From assembly GCA_965203325.1 (NCBI GenBank), contig OZ241875.1, forward strand, positions 4,256,001 to 4,320,000: 64,000 bases of DNA, given 5' to 3'. The stretch comes from a bacterium. GTDB lineage: Bacteria > UBA8248. Under the pieces are notes generated by a model. It saw nothing but the letters and a program-made list of their open reading frames with translations. It did not search any database and was not told where the DNA came from. Shown here one piece after another: positions 9,894 to 18,765 of the stretch (position 1 is its first letter; every line of letters begins with the position of its first letter). The position numbers were made by a program, and so were the translations under genes.

Positions 9894-10664
9894 CTACGCT
9901 GTCTTCGTGAGATGACTTTGCAGAAACGTTGATCTCCTCTCAAGGGCGCCGGGTCTGTGAAGGTCGTAAAGATCGAGAATGTCTGAACCAAGTTCGTTTT
10001 GGAGCCAGAAAAGGTCCTGGAAATCATTCGCACTCAGGACTTTAGGCTTGAACCTTAGGTCGCACTTTATGGGATCGTAGAACCATCGCCTCTGCATGGG
10101 CATCAAAGCAGGTTCGCCCAAACGGATTATTTCCTGAAGCAATGCTTCGCGTAGATATTGGTCAGCGTTCGAGCGAAATGCAGTTCGCACTAATACTGGC
10201 AAAGGCAGTAAAGCCGGATCGCAAAGGATGAGCCCAAGCTGAATGCAAAACGCCCGAACGTTAAACGTAGTAGGAGAAGATGAAACGATAAGCCGCCACC
10301 AACGCTCGTGAGCAACTTCTAGGGGTCGCTCGCAGTAGAAGTCGAGCGTCTTTTGATGAAAAAGTGCCGCATCCGTCTTAGTAACTCCAGACTTCTGTGA
10401 CTTGCACTCTAAGACTATACAGCGATTACCACTAGTCGCGCCCGAGTCTATCTCATGCCCGATTCCAGAGGCCGGGCGGAAACCGAATAAAGTTGTGGTA
10501 CCGGGACCTTGGCGACACGTCAGGCCGGGGCGTTGGAGCAAGCTACCAATTGCGTGTTCCCATATACGACCGTCGACCAAGATGCCACGGTGATTTGTGC
10601 TCGCTCTGGCGAGTAGCCAAGCGTCTAACGTAAATTCGGCGAGTACGTCTAGATCGTGTGTCAT
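9894..10664 (-). CDS. PD-(D/E)xK restriction-endonuclease-like protein
   Basis: Motif HEIDSG...VLECKS. The likely start is ATG 10664, just after the ATPase stop; the ORF track extends it to 10766. Confidence 0.72.
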   Translation of the reverse strand: MTHDLDVLAEFTLDAWLLARASTNHRGILVDGRIWEHAIGSLLQRPGLTCRQGPGTTTLFGFRPASGIGHEIDSGATSGNRCIVLECKSQKSGVTKTDAALFHQKTLDFYCERPLEVAHERWWRLIVSSSPTTFNVRAFCIQLGLILCDPALLPLPVLVRTAFRSNADQYLREALLQEIIRLGEPALMPMQRRWFYDPIKCDLRFKPKVLSANDFQDLFWLQNELGSDILDLYDLHRPGALERRSTFLQSHLTKTA

Positions 10665-10674
10665 GATTGGCCCG

Positions 10675-11943
10675 TCATCGCGTTCCGAGGAGCAGATCGT
10701 CGATGTCTTCGGATTCGCTACCATAATCGATTGCAATTTCGAGGTCGGTACTTTCAAATTGTCCATCGAAGAACCGTCGGGCTAGTTCTCCAGTAATCCG
10801 AGGTGCTCCTCGTTCAGCTGCAAAATTGAGTAATTCGTGTGCGCGGTTAAGCAAAATACCTACGCGCCCCTCAGATACCTCGCGTAGGACACCAATCGAG
10901 TCTGGTTCGAAGGGAACAAGTTCATCATCGACGCTGTCTTCGCGGCCTTCTTCCAGGTATACACGAAGCAACTCGCGTACTTGATCGTCATCCTTTAGAC
11001 CGCGTAGGACCACAACGGAAGCGGCATTACTAGGGGACACTTCGAATGGCGGCAGACGATTTTGTTCCCAAAAGCGTTCAAGCTCTAGCGCTGCTCGGCT
11101 ATGGAAAGTGAAGATGAAATGCACTCTGTTTGCGTAGGGTGGCCCTTCAAGCATGTCCCGAATTCGGCCGATTTCTCTTGACCGTTTTGCAGCAGTGATG
11201 CTTCGTGTCGTGGCTAAATCCTCAAGCTGGTCGATCATCAAGTAGAGATGATCAATCCCAGCGGATGCGAGAGCAGCAAGGGCAAAGTCGAGATAGTGAA
11301 GACCGTTTCGCAGACGAGCCGTGGCCGATACTGCTCCTAGCGCCATCTGGACATGTTGAGCGCCACCTGAAGCGAAAGCGTTTACCAGTTCCTGTCGAAG
11401 TGGAGGAGCAGTTCCGCAGATACGATGCCACGTATTGTTAATGTGACTTGCGACTTCAGAAGGCTCCTCCGATTTCAATTGCTCGATGATACGCGCCTTG
11501 GCTTGGTCTAGGACTGCGCTCTTATCCCCTAATGGCTGTGCGAGATCAATTACCGCGTTAAACAGAACGGGATATAGCCCAGAAGCATTGAGATTGTTCA
11601 AATTAGAAAAAGCGGCGGCAACCGGTCTTTGTTTCTCTGGTCGAACACCAGCCTCAGTCAGGGTCTCGACACCCAAGTCTTGGTTGATCTCCTTCGTGAT
11701 TTCTCGCATGAGGGTTGTCTTTCCGAATCCTGTGTCGGCATTAGCTCCCTGGGACCACAGGAAACCAATATTGACTCTTCCCCGAATCGAACTTCGGATA
11801 AACTTGCGACGAAACTCACGAGATTCCTCGTCAAACACGGCCGGGCTGTAGGGTGAATCCTGATCATGGATAGCTGCGGCCGGAAAAGGATTGCCATTCA
11901 ATCCCCATGCTTCTTCCATGTGGTCAAACGCATCGACTGTCAT
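10675..11943 (-). CDS. AAA+/P-loop ATPase (ExeA/ORC-Cdc6/STAND-like)
   Basis: N-terminal WGLNGNPF, Walker A TGFGKTT, Walker B LMIDQLED and lid-like SEGRVGILLNRAH. RBS AGGAGG upstream. Confidence 0.85.
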   Translation of the reverse strand: MTVDAFDHMEEAWGLNGNPFPAAAIHDQDSPYSPAVFDEESREFRRKFIRSSIRGRVNIGFLWSQGANADTGFGKTTLMREITKEINQDLGVETLTEAGVRPEKQRPVAAAFSNLNNLNASGLYPVLFNAVIDLAQPLGDKSAVLDQAKARIIEQLKSEEPSEVASHINNTWHRICGTAPPLRQELVNAFASGGAQHVQMALGAVSATARLRNGLHYLDFALAALASAGIDHLYLMIDQLEDLATTRSITAAKRSREIGRIRDMLEGPPYANRVHFIFTFHSRAALELERFWEQNRLPPFEVSPSNAASVVVLRGLKDDDQVRELLRVYLEEGREDSVDDELVPFEPDSIGVLREVSEGRVGILLNRAHELLNFAAERGAPRITGELARRFFDGQFESTDLEIAIDYGSESEDIDDLLLGTR

Positions 11944-11954
11944 TTCGACCTCCT

Positions 11955-13142
11955 TTAGGAGTTTCGAGGTTGCAGGGTCATTTCATATCGGCGGTTACCG
12001 CCTCGTCTGTAGACCGGCTCTGAAGTCGGTTGGCGAGTGGTGCCAAGGTGAAGCAAAACGTGAACACCGAGGTCCGGGATGATTCCAGTAGCTAAACGTT
12101 CGAGCACTAAATCCACAAGAGCTCGCGTGACCTTACAACGAAAAGCTGCATCTGCACGCACACGATAAATGGGAAGATATGGAGCAGCGAGCCTGCTGTC
12201 GGCTACTTGTGCTTGGGCATAATAGGCGGTGACAATCGCTTCCGACACCTGCTGTTCATGTGTTTCAGACGTTCGGCGTTGAATTTGTAGATCGCAGTTC
12301 CCATCAAGATCAGCCGCAAGCCATATAACGTTCTTGCCCTTGAACTGAGGCACATAGCGGGATTGGTCGAGTATTCGTAGTTGTGAGCCCCAACTCTTTA
12401 ATATCTTTAAGTCAGTCGCGCCGATGGCAAGTCCACGCAACCGAATGGCGGCTTCGATGAACGCATCATTCAAAGCTTCTGCCATTTCCTTATTTGTCGG
12501 TCTTTTCTCGCGCTTGTGCCCAAATCGCTTCCGAACGACTGAAACAATGACTTCTCGGATTTGAGCTTTGTGGCTATTTGATAGTTCGTGATCTGTAAGC
12601 CACTCAGTTGCGTAGTGAAACCAATGCTCTGTTTTCTTTCCAGAGCGGCGGGATTCCTCCACGTCTCCTTCCGTGATCTCAGGACAAGCAAGTGGTCCTG
12701 TCTCAAGTATATGAATGAACCTCTGGAAATAGGGGTGTGCGGAATAAACAGCAGTCGTGAGGCGGTCGAAGAACGCCGCCATGTTACTCTCGGCTTGCTC
12801 TGCGGCATCATGGCCAAGAGAAGTGAGACTATATTGACGGTCTCGGTGCGCATCTACGTACTTGCGAGCTGAAGGAAGTTGACGACGTTCTACAAACCCA
12901 AGTCGCATTGCTTCGTCGAGCACCTCACGAGTGGGCGCCCAATACCTATCCCTGTCTCCAACCCGGCTTGCGGTTTTCCGGCCGAGCCCTTGGACGAATA
13001 ACCGATCAACGGTGGCAGCGTATCGGAGGCGAGCCTGTTCGAATGTCGCACCCTCGCGCAGGCCGGACAGTTGAGCCCGCATGTGAGGGACCAATTGTTG
13101 TAATCGAGGAATCGTGTCACGTATATCAGTCGGCTTCATCAT
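11955..13142 (-). CDS. Hypothetical protein, probably with several winged-helix domains
   Basis: 395-aa ORF, first in a tight operon (11-nt gap to the ATPase). TREVLDEAMRLGFVE...YSLTSLG is a typical wHTH helix-plus-wing pattern. Confidence 0.7.
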   Translation of the reverse strand: MMKPTDIRDTIPRLQQLVPHMRAQLSGLREGATFEQARLRYAATVDRLFVQGLGRKTASRVGDRDRYWAPTREVLDEAMRLGFVERRQLPSARKYVDAHRDRQYSLTSLGHDAAEQAESNMAAFFDRLTTAVYSAHPYFQRFIHILETGPLACPEITEGDVEESRRSGKKTEHWFHYATEWLTDHELSNSHKAQIREVIVSVVRKRFGHKREKRPTNKEMAEALNDAFIEAAIRLRGLAIGATDLKILKSWGSQLRILDQSRYVPQFKGKNVIWLAADLDGNCDLQIQRRTSETHEQQVSEAIVTAYYAQAQVADSRLAAPYLPIYRVRADAAFRCKVTRALVDLVLERLATGIIPDLGVHVLLHLGTTRQPTSEPVYRRGGNRRYEMTLQPRNS

Positions 13143-13177
13143 GATATAAACATATACAAATGTCAGGTCTCTGTCAA
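13143..13177 (-). promoter_or_regulatory. Sigma70-like promoter predicting a leaderless transcript
   Basis: Minus strand reads TTGACA-N17-TATGTT-N6-ATG(13142), with no Shine-Dalgarno. Confidence 0.55.
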
Positions 13178-13607
13178 GAGTTCTGAGTTAATAAAATATA
13201 AAAATGGTAAAAGCTGGCTTAGACAATACGAGACTGTCGAGTTCAGCTAAGTTAACGCGAGGCCGAAGTCCAGTGAAAAATTGATGCTACCTATATGGAT
13301 TATAAGCAGTGTATCGTGTGTTTCAGTGAAGTGTTTGTGATTCGGGCACTACAATCGACCGGAAAACCTGAGGGAACTAAAGAATGCGAATAGCTGAAAT
13401 GCGGCGATGTCAGTTCAGGACTCCTAAAAACGATGAATGCCTAAGGGGTTACCATAGCGGTATTAAATCTAGTTGGGAAACGATTAGTCAGCCCGATAAA
13501 ACATCATCTAGGGGGTTGTAACAAACACGGCTCCAAGGACATGGAAATCTTCAATGAACTGCAAGAGAACGACGAAGTCATGAACTACAAACATGCCTAC
13601 AACCTTC

Positions 13608-14768
13608 TCACAAGATATCCTCGGAAATGCTCAACGCGACCCGTTCCGCCGCCTCGCGCACCGTATCGCGCGCGAGATGCGCGTAGCGCGCCGTGGTCTG
13701 TATATGGGAGTGGCCGAGCAGCTTCGCGATGACGGAGAGTCCTTCTCCCAGCGCCAGCGCTCTCGAGGCGTAGGAGTGACGCAGGTCGTGGATCCGCACG
13801 TCATCGAGCTCCGCCCGCGCCCGTACCTTTCGCCAGACGTGATCGAGCCCGCTCAGGCGCGCGCCCGGCTTCCTGCCGGGGAATACCCAGGGATTTCCGG
13901 GAAGACGGGGAAGAGCGGCCAGGAGCTCGGCCGCCGCCGGCGGAAGCGAGACCACGCGCGCACCCGTCTTCGAGTCCACCAGCCGCAGTTCCGATTCCCC
14001 GAGCGCCACGTCCTCCCAGCGCAGCCCGAGGACCTCCGACTTCCGGCACCCGGTCAGCATCAGGAGCCTGATGGCGGCCACGGCGCAGGCGGACGCGCCG
14101 CCCTCCGCCTCCAGCGCGTCGAGCGCCAATCCCAGGCGTTCGAACTCCGCCTCCGTGAGGAACCGCTCCCGCCTGCGAAGGGGGTATTTCACGATGGCGC
14201 GGCACGGGTTCGTTCCTTCGGGCAAAAGCCCCCAGTCGCCTGCCGCCTCGAACATCGAGGAGAGTACCCGCAGCGCCGCGTTCGCCGCCGCAGGCGTCTC
14301 GTGGAGTCCCCGGTGGAGCGCCGCCGCCTGCGCCCCCTCAAGCGATGCGAGCGGTATCTTCCCCAGGGCGGGCAATATGTGCGCACGAAGCGCCGCCCGG
14401 ACCGCGGCGGCCGTGCGCGGCTTGCACCTCACCTCGACGTGTTCCGCCATGTAGCGCCCGGCGAGTTCGGCCACGGTGGGGCCGCCGGCGGATCTCACGG
14501 GCGCGGCCTCCCCGCCCGCCTTGATCTGAGCGATGAGGAGCGCCGCGCGCCTTCTCGCCTCCTCGGAATGGATCACGCCGTGGCGGCCTACCGTCACCCG
14601 TCTCGGTCCCTCGGGCCCCCGCGCCTGCGCGATATACACCTTGCTCCCCGTGGGGTAGACACGGACGCCGAAGCCGGTGAGATCCCTGTCCCAGAACACC
14701 GTGTCCTTGTGGACCTCGAGTTTCCCCACCATCCGGTTCGAGAGCGTTTTCATTGCGGGCTTCCTCAT
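13608..14768 (-). CDS. Tyrosine recombinase/integrase with N-terminal arm-DNA-binding domain (copy 2)
   Basis: FWDRDLTGFGVRV arm domain. Catalytic residues in GCRKSE (R), SKTG (K), HDLRH, LLGH and RYAH (Y). Confidence 0.95.
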   Translation of the reverse strand: MRKPAMKTLSNRMVGKLEVHKDTVFWDRDLTGFGVRVYPTGSKVYIAQARGPEGPRRVTVGRHGVIHSEEARRRAALLIAQIKAGGEAAPVRSAGGPTVAELAGRYMAEHVEVRCKPRTAAAVRAALRAHILPALGKIPLASLEGAQAAALHRGLHETPAAANAALRVLSSMFEAAGDWGLLPEGTNPCRAIVKYPLRRRERFLTEAEFERLGLALDALEAEGGASACAVAAIRLLMLTGCRKSEVLGLRWEDVALGESELRLVDSKTGARVVSLPPAAAELLAALPRLPGNPWVFPGRKPGARLSGLDHVWRKVRARAELDDVRIHDLRHSYASRALALGEGLSVIAKLLGHSHIQTTARYAHLARDTVREAAERVALSISEDIL

Positions 14769-15928
14769 CGCTCCATCCTCCCGTTCGTGACGTGGACGCC
14801 TATGCTCTCGCCCACCCGGGCCGCCGCCGCCCGCTCGGCATCCCGCATCAGGTGCGCGTAGCGCGCCGTCGTCGCCACCTCGCCGTGTCCAAGCAGCGCC
14901 CCGATCACCGGGAGGTTCTCGCCCAGCGCGAGCGCACGGCTCGCATACGAATGACGCAAGTCGTGAAGCCGCACGTCCCCGAGCCCCGCCCCCGCCCGGA
15001 GGGGCTTCCAGTAGTGATAGAGGTTCGTGAGCCTGCCCCCGCCCCGCTGGGCGCGGAACACCCAGGGACCGTCCCCCCGCGGGGGAAGGGCATCGAGCAA
15101 CGGCCCCGTCAGCGGAACCATCCGCGGTCCCGTCTTCGTGTCTCTCAATCTCAGTTCCCCCGCCGCGCGGTCCACGTCGTCCCAGTGCAAGTTCAGCACC
15201 TCATCCCGCCGGCATCCCGTCAGGAGGAGAATCCTGATCGCCGCCACCGCAGGCGGCCACGACGTATCGTCTTCCCGCAACACACGGCCCAACCGGCGGT
15301 ATTCCGCAGGCGTCAGGAACCGCTCCCGCTTGCGCGTCCGGTAGCGGCGAAGCCTTCGGCACGGGTTCCGGCCGGGCGGTATCAGTTCCCACGCCTCGGC
15401 AAGCGCGAACATCCGCTTGAGCACGTCCACCGCGGCGTTCGCCGTCCCCGGCGTCGCGCGAAGGGCGTGCTGGAGCGCCGCGGCCTCCGCCTTGCCCACG
15501 TCTCCCACGTTCATCGAACCCAGCGCCGGCAGGATATGGTTGTCGAGCACGGAGCGGTACTTCGGCGCCGTGGACGGCTTGCAGCGGCTCGCGACGTACT
15601 CGCGCATGAAGCGTCCGGCCAGGTCCGCCACCCTAAGCGCGGGTTCAGCCTCTCCGGAGAGGGGCTCCTCGCCCCGCCTGATCCGGTCGATGACGGGTGC
15701 TGCGCGTTTCCTGGCCTCATCGCACGAGAGCGCCCCGTGGCGACCGAGCGTCACGCGCACAGGCCCTCTGGGTCCTCTCGACTGCACCACGTAGACCTTC
15801 CGGCCCGTTGCGTGCACCCGCACCCCGAAGCCCGCCAGTTCCCGGTCCCAGAATACGGCGTCCTTCTCCTTGACGGAGAGCGCGTCGACCGCGCGCTTGG
15901 TGAGCCTGAACTCGCTTCTTCTCGGCAT
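14765..15928 (-). CDS. Tyrosine recombinase/integrase with N-terminal arm-DNA-binding domain (copy 1)
   Basis: FWDRELAGFGVRV, GCRRDE, TKTG, HDLRH, LLGH and RYAH. ATG 15928 is preceded by GGAGG. Confidence 0.95.
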   Translation of the reverse strand: MPRRSEFRLTKRAVDALSVKEKDAVFWDRELAGFGVRVHATGRKVYVVQSRGPRGPVRVTLGRHGALSCDEARKRAAPVIDRIRRGEEPLSGEAEPALRVADLAGRFMREYVASRCKPSTAPKYRSVLDNHILPALGSMNVGDVGKAEAAALQHALRATPGTANAAVDVLKRMFALAEAWELIPPGRNPCRRLRRYRTRKRERFLTPAEYRRLGRVLREDDTSWPPAVAAIRILLLTGCRRDEVLNLHWDDVDRAAGELRLRDTKTGPRMVPLTGPLLDALPPRGDGPWVFRAQRGGGRLTNLYHYWKPLRAGAGLGDVRLHDLRHSYASRALALGENLPVIGALLGHGEVATTARYAHLMRDAERAAAARVGESIGVHVTNGRMER

Positions 15929-16130
15929 GGTTCCTCCAGACAAATATGTAATCAAAACGCATACGAGCGGCGTCAAACGAGAGCGTATTCAAGCATAAGT
16001 ATGACGAAAACGCAAGAGGGGAAATTCGAAAGGTATGTTATTTAATCAAGTATTATCAGTTATTTGCATCATCCAGGCGTAGTCAGTCGAACGATTGACA
16101 TACCGGTCGATTTGAATTATATGTTTGCTC

Positions 16131-16157
16131 GTCATTCCGGCGTATGCCGGAATCCAG
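16131..16157. repeat. REP/dRS3-like palindrome GTCATTCCGGCGTATGCCGGAATCCAG
   Basis: ATTCCGGC-GTAT-GCCGGAAT hairpin with GTC and CCA flanks, typical of this repeat class. Confidence 0.7.
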
Positions 16158-16345
16158 AGCCGGGGAGGGGCGCTCTCCGATTTGGTCTCTCTAATCATTC
16201 TCCTTGAGGGTCGGGTATTCCGAGGGGGAAACCAGACGCAGAAACCGCGTCCTTTCAACAAATGCTGAGGTGGAGGAAGGGTTTGTATCGGAGCATAGGT
16301 TCTAATGCCGAAGCTAAGTTTCTAACTGCTAATTTTCAAGTGAAC

Positions 16346-17389
16346 TCAGTCTCGATTGATCACTGCTTCAGCTATTTGAAGCTGCTCGATGAGCCACCCG
16401 AAATCAGGAACGTCGCCCAGGATCATGCCTTGGATAGCCCTGTAATCTCTTTCAATCACCGAGCGCAGTTCTGATTGTGGAACCAATCGCAAGGTACCTG
16501 GAACGGCTTTCTCGAACTGCTTCCAGGCTTGTCGGAAGGCGATGAGGTTGTGCTCCCGGACCGAATCCAGTAGATCGATATTCGAAAGAGCTGATCTGCC
16601 CGTTTCGGTTGCCGTAATCATCGCGGCATCATAGTAATGGCGCGAAATCAAATCCCTGTCGGTCGGCAAACGCTTTCCATCTTGATACCCGTAGTGCAGG
16701 CCATGCAGGATCAACAGCTTCTCCCAGTAAGTGCGTTCCGGTGCAAGGGTTCTCACACCGTCCACGTGGAGCGACCAGCTTGGTAGTTCGCCGGAGATGT
16801 AGGGACTCACGGCGCAGGTTAAACTCGGGTCCAGCGCGGACCTCGCTCCCGCTTCAATCTTCACGCGCGGGGACACGTAGGAAACGTCACCGCTCGGGTA
16901 CAGGGTGGAATATTCGATGAAGAGCGTTTGCCGGTTTCCATCATCTTCGTCTGGCAGGACACCGCATCCCTCCACCATCTCGTCAATCAAACCTATCAAC
17001 GCCGCTTTTAGATCTCCCAGAATGTAGTCGCTGCAGACCCCCGCGAGTTCTTTGAAGAGCGCATTTCGTTTCTTTCCGGACAGGTCTCCTCTTATCGTCG
17101 GGTCCCTATCGCCTTCGAAGCCCAAGCCGTCGCGATAGACTACCAGGTCGATGTCCTCGGAAAACCGCTTGATGAGACCGAATGCCTTGGACAAGGATGT
17201 CCCGCCCTTGAAGAGTAGTTTTGGATGCCCGTCGGGCAATCCGTTGTAGAGCGCATCAAGAACGAAACAGACCCAGAAGTCCTTTTCCACGTAACCGGGC
17301 AACGTACCGAGTCGCCTCGCCGCTTCTTCGAACACGTCGCGTTTGTCCTGCTCAGGCAAGGCGAAAAAGGATACGAACGCTCCGTTCAT
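16346..17389 (-). CDS. abiEii: AbiEii/AbiGii-family nucleotidyltransferase toxin (type IV TA)
   Basis: VEKDFWV, FKGGTSLSK, RFSEDID, ERTYWEK and SRHYYD. Confidence 0.93.
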   Translation of the reverse strand: MNGAFVSFFALPEQDKRDVFEEAARRLGTLPGYVEKDFWVCFVLDALYNGLPDGHPKLLFKGGTSLSKAFGLIKRFSEDIDLVVYRDGLGFEGDRDPTIRGDLSGKKRNALFKELAGVCSDYILGDLKAALIGLIDEMVEGCGVLPDEDDGNRQTLFIEYSTLYPSGDVSYVSPRVKIEAGARSALDPSLTCAVSPYISGELPSWSLHVDGVRTLAPERTYWEKLLILHGLHYGYQDGKRLPTDRDLISRHYYDAAMITATETGRSALSNIDLLDSVREHNLIAFRQAWKQFEKAVPGTLRLVPQSELRSVIERDYRAIQGMILGDVPDFGWLIEQLQIAEAVINRD

Positions 17390-18009
17390 GAGGCCGCCGC
17401 CTCATCGGTCGCAATGCTGCGCGCGAGCGGCTGCGCCCAGCCCGGCAGGTCGCGGCTGTTTCGGGCCAGGTCGCGTTTTACCGCGTCGGGAAGACGACGC
17501 TTCAGAATTGAGGCGACGCGAGCGTCCGAGGCGGCTGCGGGACCAAGCCACCGGAGCGCCTGAAAAACTGGAGCCGCCGCCTTCCCGGCCCAGCGCATGA
17601 CGCTTGGACTCGCATGCCGGAACCGAAGCGTTCGCCCGTCGATCTCGACCGATCGCGACGCGCCATCTGTCACGTAGCAAGGTCTGGCGGGAACTGCGTT
17701 TGTGAGGCCGAGTTGGTTGGCGGCCGCCATGCCGTCGGGCATGACCCGGATGCCGTCTCTTCGCGCGATAGCCGCGATCGCGGCATCCAGGTCGGCCGGC
17801 GCGGGCCGATTCAGCACACCGCTCATCCTCGGCTCCTCGTACAAGCCACGACCGACCCGGCGCAGTCGGCCCGCCTTGACGAGACGCGACAAGGCCTGGT
17901 CGACGGCCTCACGGCTCCCGATATCCAGAAAATCCCTCGGCGTGCACACCCACGTCCCGTTGCCGCTTGCGGAAATCCTCTTCATAATCTTGTCGGACAT
18001 GGAAATCAT
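17386..18009 (-). CDS. abiEi: AbiEi-like antitoxin (DUF6088 type, N-terminal wHTH)
   Basis: DFLDIGSREAVDQALSRL...RRVGRGLY and AANQLGLTNAVP. Overlaps the toxin by 4 bp. Confidence 0.88.
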   Translation of the reverse strand: MISMSDKIMKRISASGNGTWVCTPRDFLDIGSREAVDQALSRLVKAGRLRRVGRGLYEEPRMSGVLNRPAPADLDAAIAAIARRDGIRVMPDGMAAANQLGLTNAVPARPCYVTDGASRSVEIDGRTLRFRHASPSVMRWAGKAAAPVFQALRWLGPAAASDARVASILKRRLPDAVKRDLARNSRDLPGWAQPLARSIATDEAAAS

Positions 18010-18027
18010 TCGACATCCCCCTCCAAA

Positions 18028-18059
18028 TTGTCAGAAATTATACTATATAAACCTGACAA
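18028..18059. promoter_or_regulatory. Inverted repeat TTGTCAG-N18-CTGACAA, probable AbiEi autoregulatory operator
   Basis: Lies in an AT-rich stretch directly upstream of the antitoxin start. Type IV antitoxins are known to bind promoter inverted repeats. Confidence 0.6.
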
Positions 18060-18408
18060 ACCAAACTGGTTTTTAAGTCGCAGACAAACGTAGGGAAAAA
18101 GATGACATCCACGGCCCGGATTGACTCTCCCGCCACGGTTGGCTAAGCATCCAGCTTCAATCGTCAGCCCGTCCCACCTCAATCACTACCTCCCCCCTCC
18201 CCAATCGCGTCAAACACTCATTCATCAATCGTGTTCGACCACAAAAAAAGAGGTTGACAGAAAGGCCGTTTGGCGTTTATTCAAAATATATGAAAGGTTG
18301 TATTTCGAGTTCGGTTTTCGCCCGCTGCACGAGGCCATGAACGAGTCACAAGCAAGAACGCCCGTCGAACGATCATCCCCTTTGGATACCGCATCGGAGG
18401 ATGAAGTC

Positions 18409-18765
18409 ATGGATAGATCTACCGCGCAAAATAGTTCCGCCGCTTCGGGCGCCGCCGGGATTCTCCGTGACGTCTTCGGCGGTCTCGACTACGGCCTCAG
18501 CTTCCGCCTGTGGGACGGGACGACGCTCCCGGTGGGCCGCGAGGCGCTGGCCATCGAGGTGGCGTTTCCCTCGCTGGACGCCTTCAAGCGCGTCATGCTG
18601 AACCCCAGCGCGGACGCCTTCGCGGAAGCCTATTGCGATTCGGTCATCGACGTCGAGGGCGATCTGTTTGAAGTCATGAAAGTGGCCGACAGCATGGAGA
18701 CGGTCGAATTGGGCACGATTCAGAAATTCAAGATCGCCCTCCGCATCTGGAAGCTATCCGAATGA
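18409..18765 (+). CDS. Stand-alone N-terminal (lipid-binding) domain of a cyclopropane fatty acid synthase-like protein
   Basis: FRLWDGT...LNPSADAFAEAYCDSVIDVEGDL resembles CFA synthase N-termini. GGAGG lies 8 nt before ATG 18409. Confidence 0.7.
   Translation: MDRSTAQNSSAASGAAGILRDVFGGLDYGLSFRLWDGTTLPVGREALAIEVAFPSLDAFKRVMLNPSADAFAEAYCDSVIDVEGDLFEVMKVADSMETVELGTIQKFKIALRIWKLSE

Larger units (their letters stand above)
636..18009. mobile_element. Integrative mobilisable element / genomic island (MOBF relaxase, coupling protein, tyrosine integrases, defence-like cargo, AbiE TA); boundaries not defined
   Basis: Relaxase, T4CP, two intact integrases, one decayed integrase and a TA module lie together, with visibly AT-richer cargo at 6.3-13.6 kb. 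No att duplication was identified, the left end may lie outside the window, and AbiE may lie outside the true right boundary. Confidence 0.75.

Noticed and set aside
6336..13142. Type III R-M, BREX, DISARM or Dnd assignment for the cargo
   Set aside because: No methyltransferase, PglZ, PLD or sulfur-transfer gene is present.
13541..13732. 63-aa plus-strand ORF (MEIFNELQEND...) overlapping the integrase end
   Set aside because: Mostly antisense to the integrase, with no recognisable domain.
13593..16045. Long plus-strand ORFs 13593..14861 and 14753..16045
   Set aside because: Antisense shadows of the two integrases, expected in high-GC coding DNA.
16046..16261. 71-aa ORF containing WIPAYAGMT
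   Set aside because: This is a translation of the REP-like palindrome, not a credible gene.
18060..18260. tRNA-, guaA- or dusA-type att core at the island's right flank
   Set aside because: No convincing match or duplicated sequence was found in the window.
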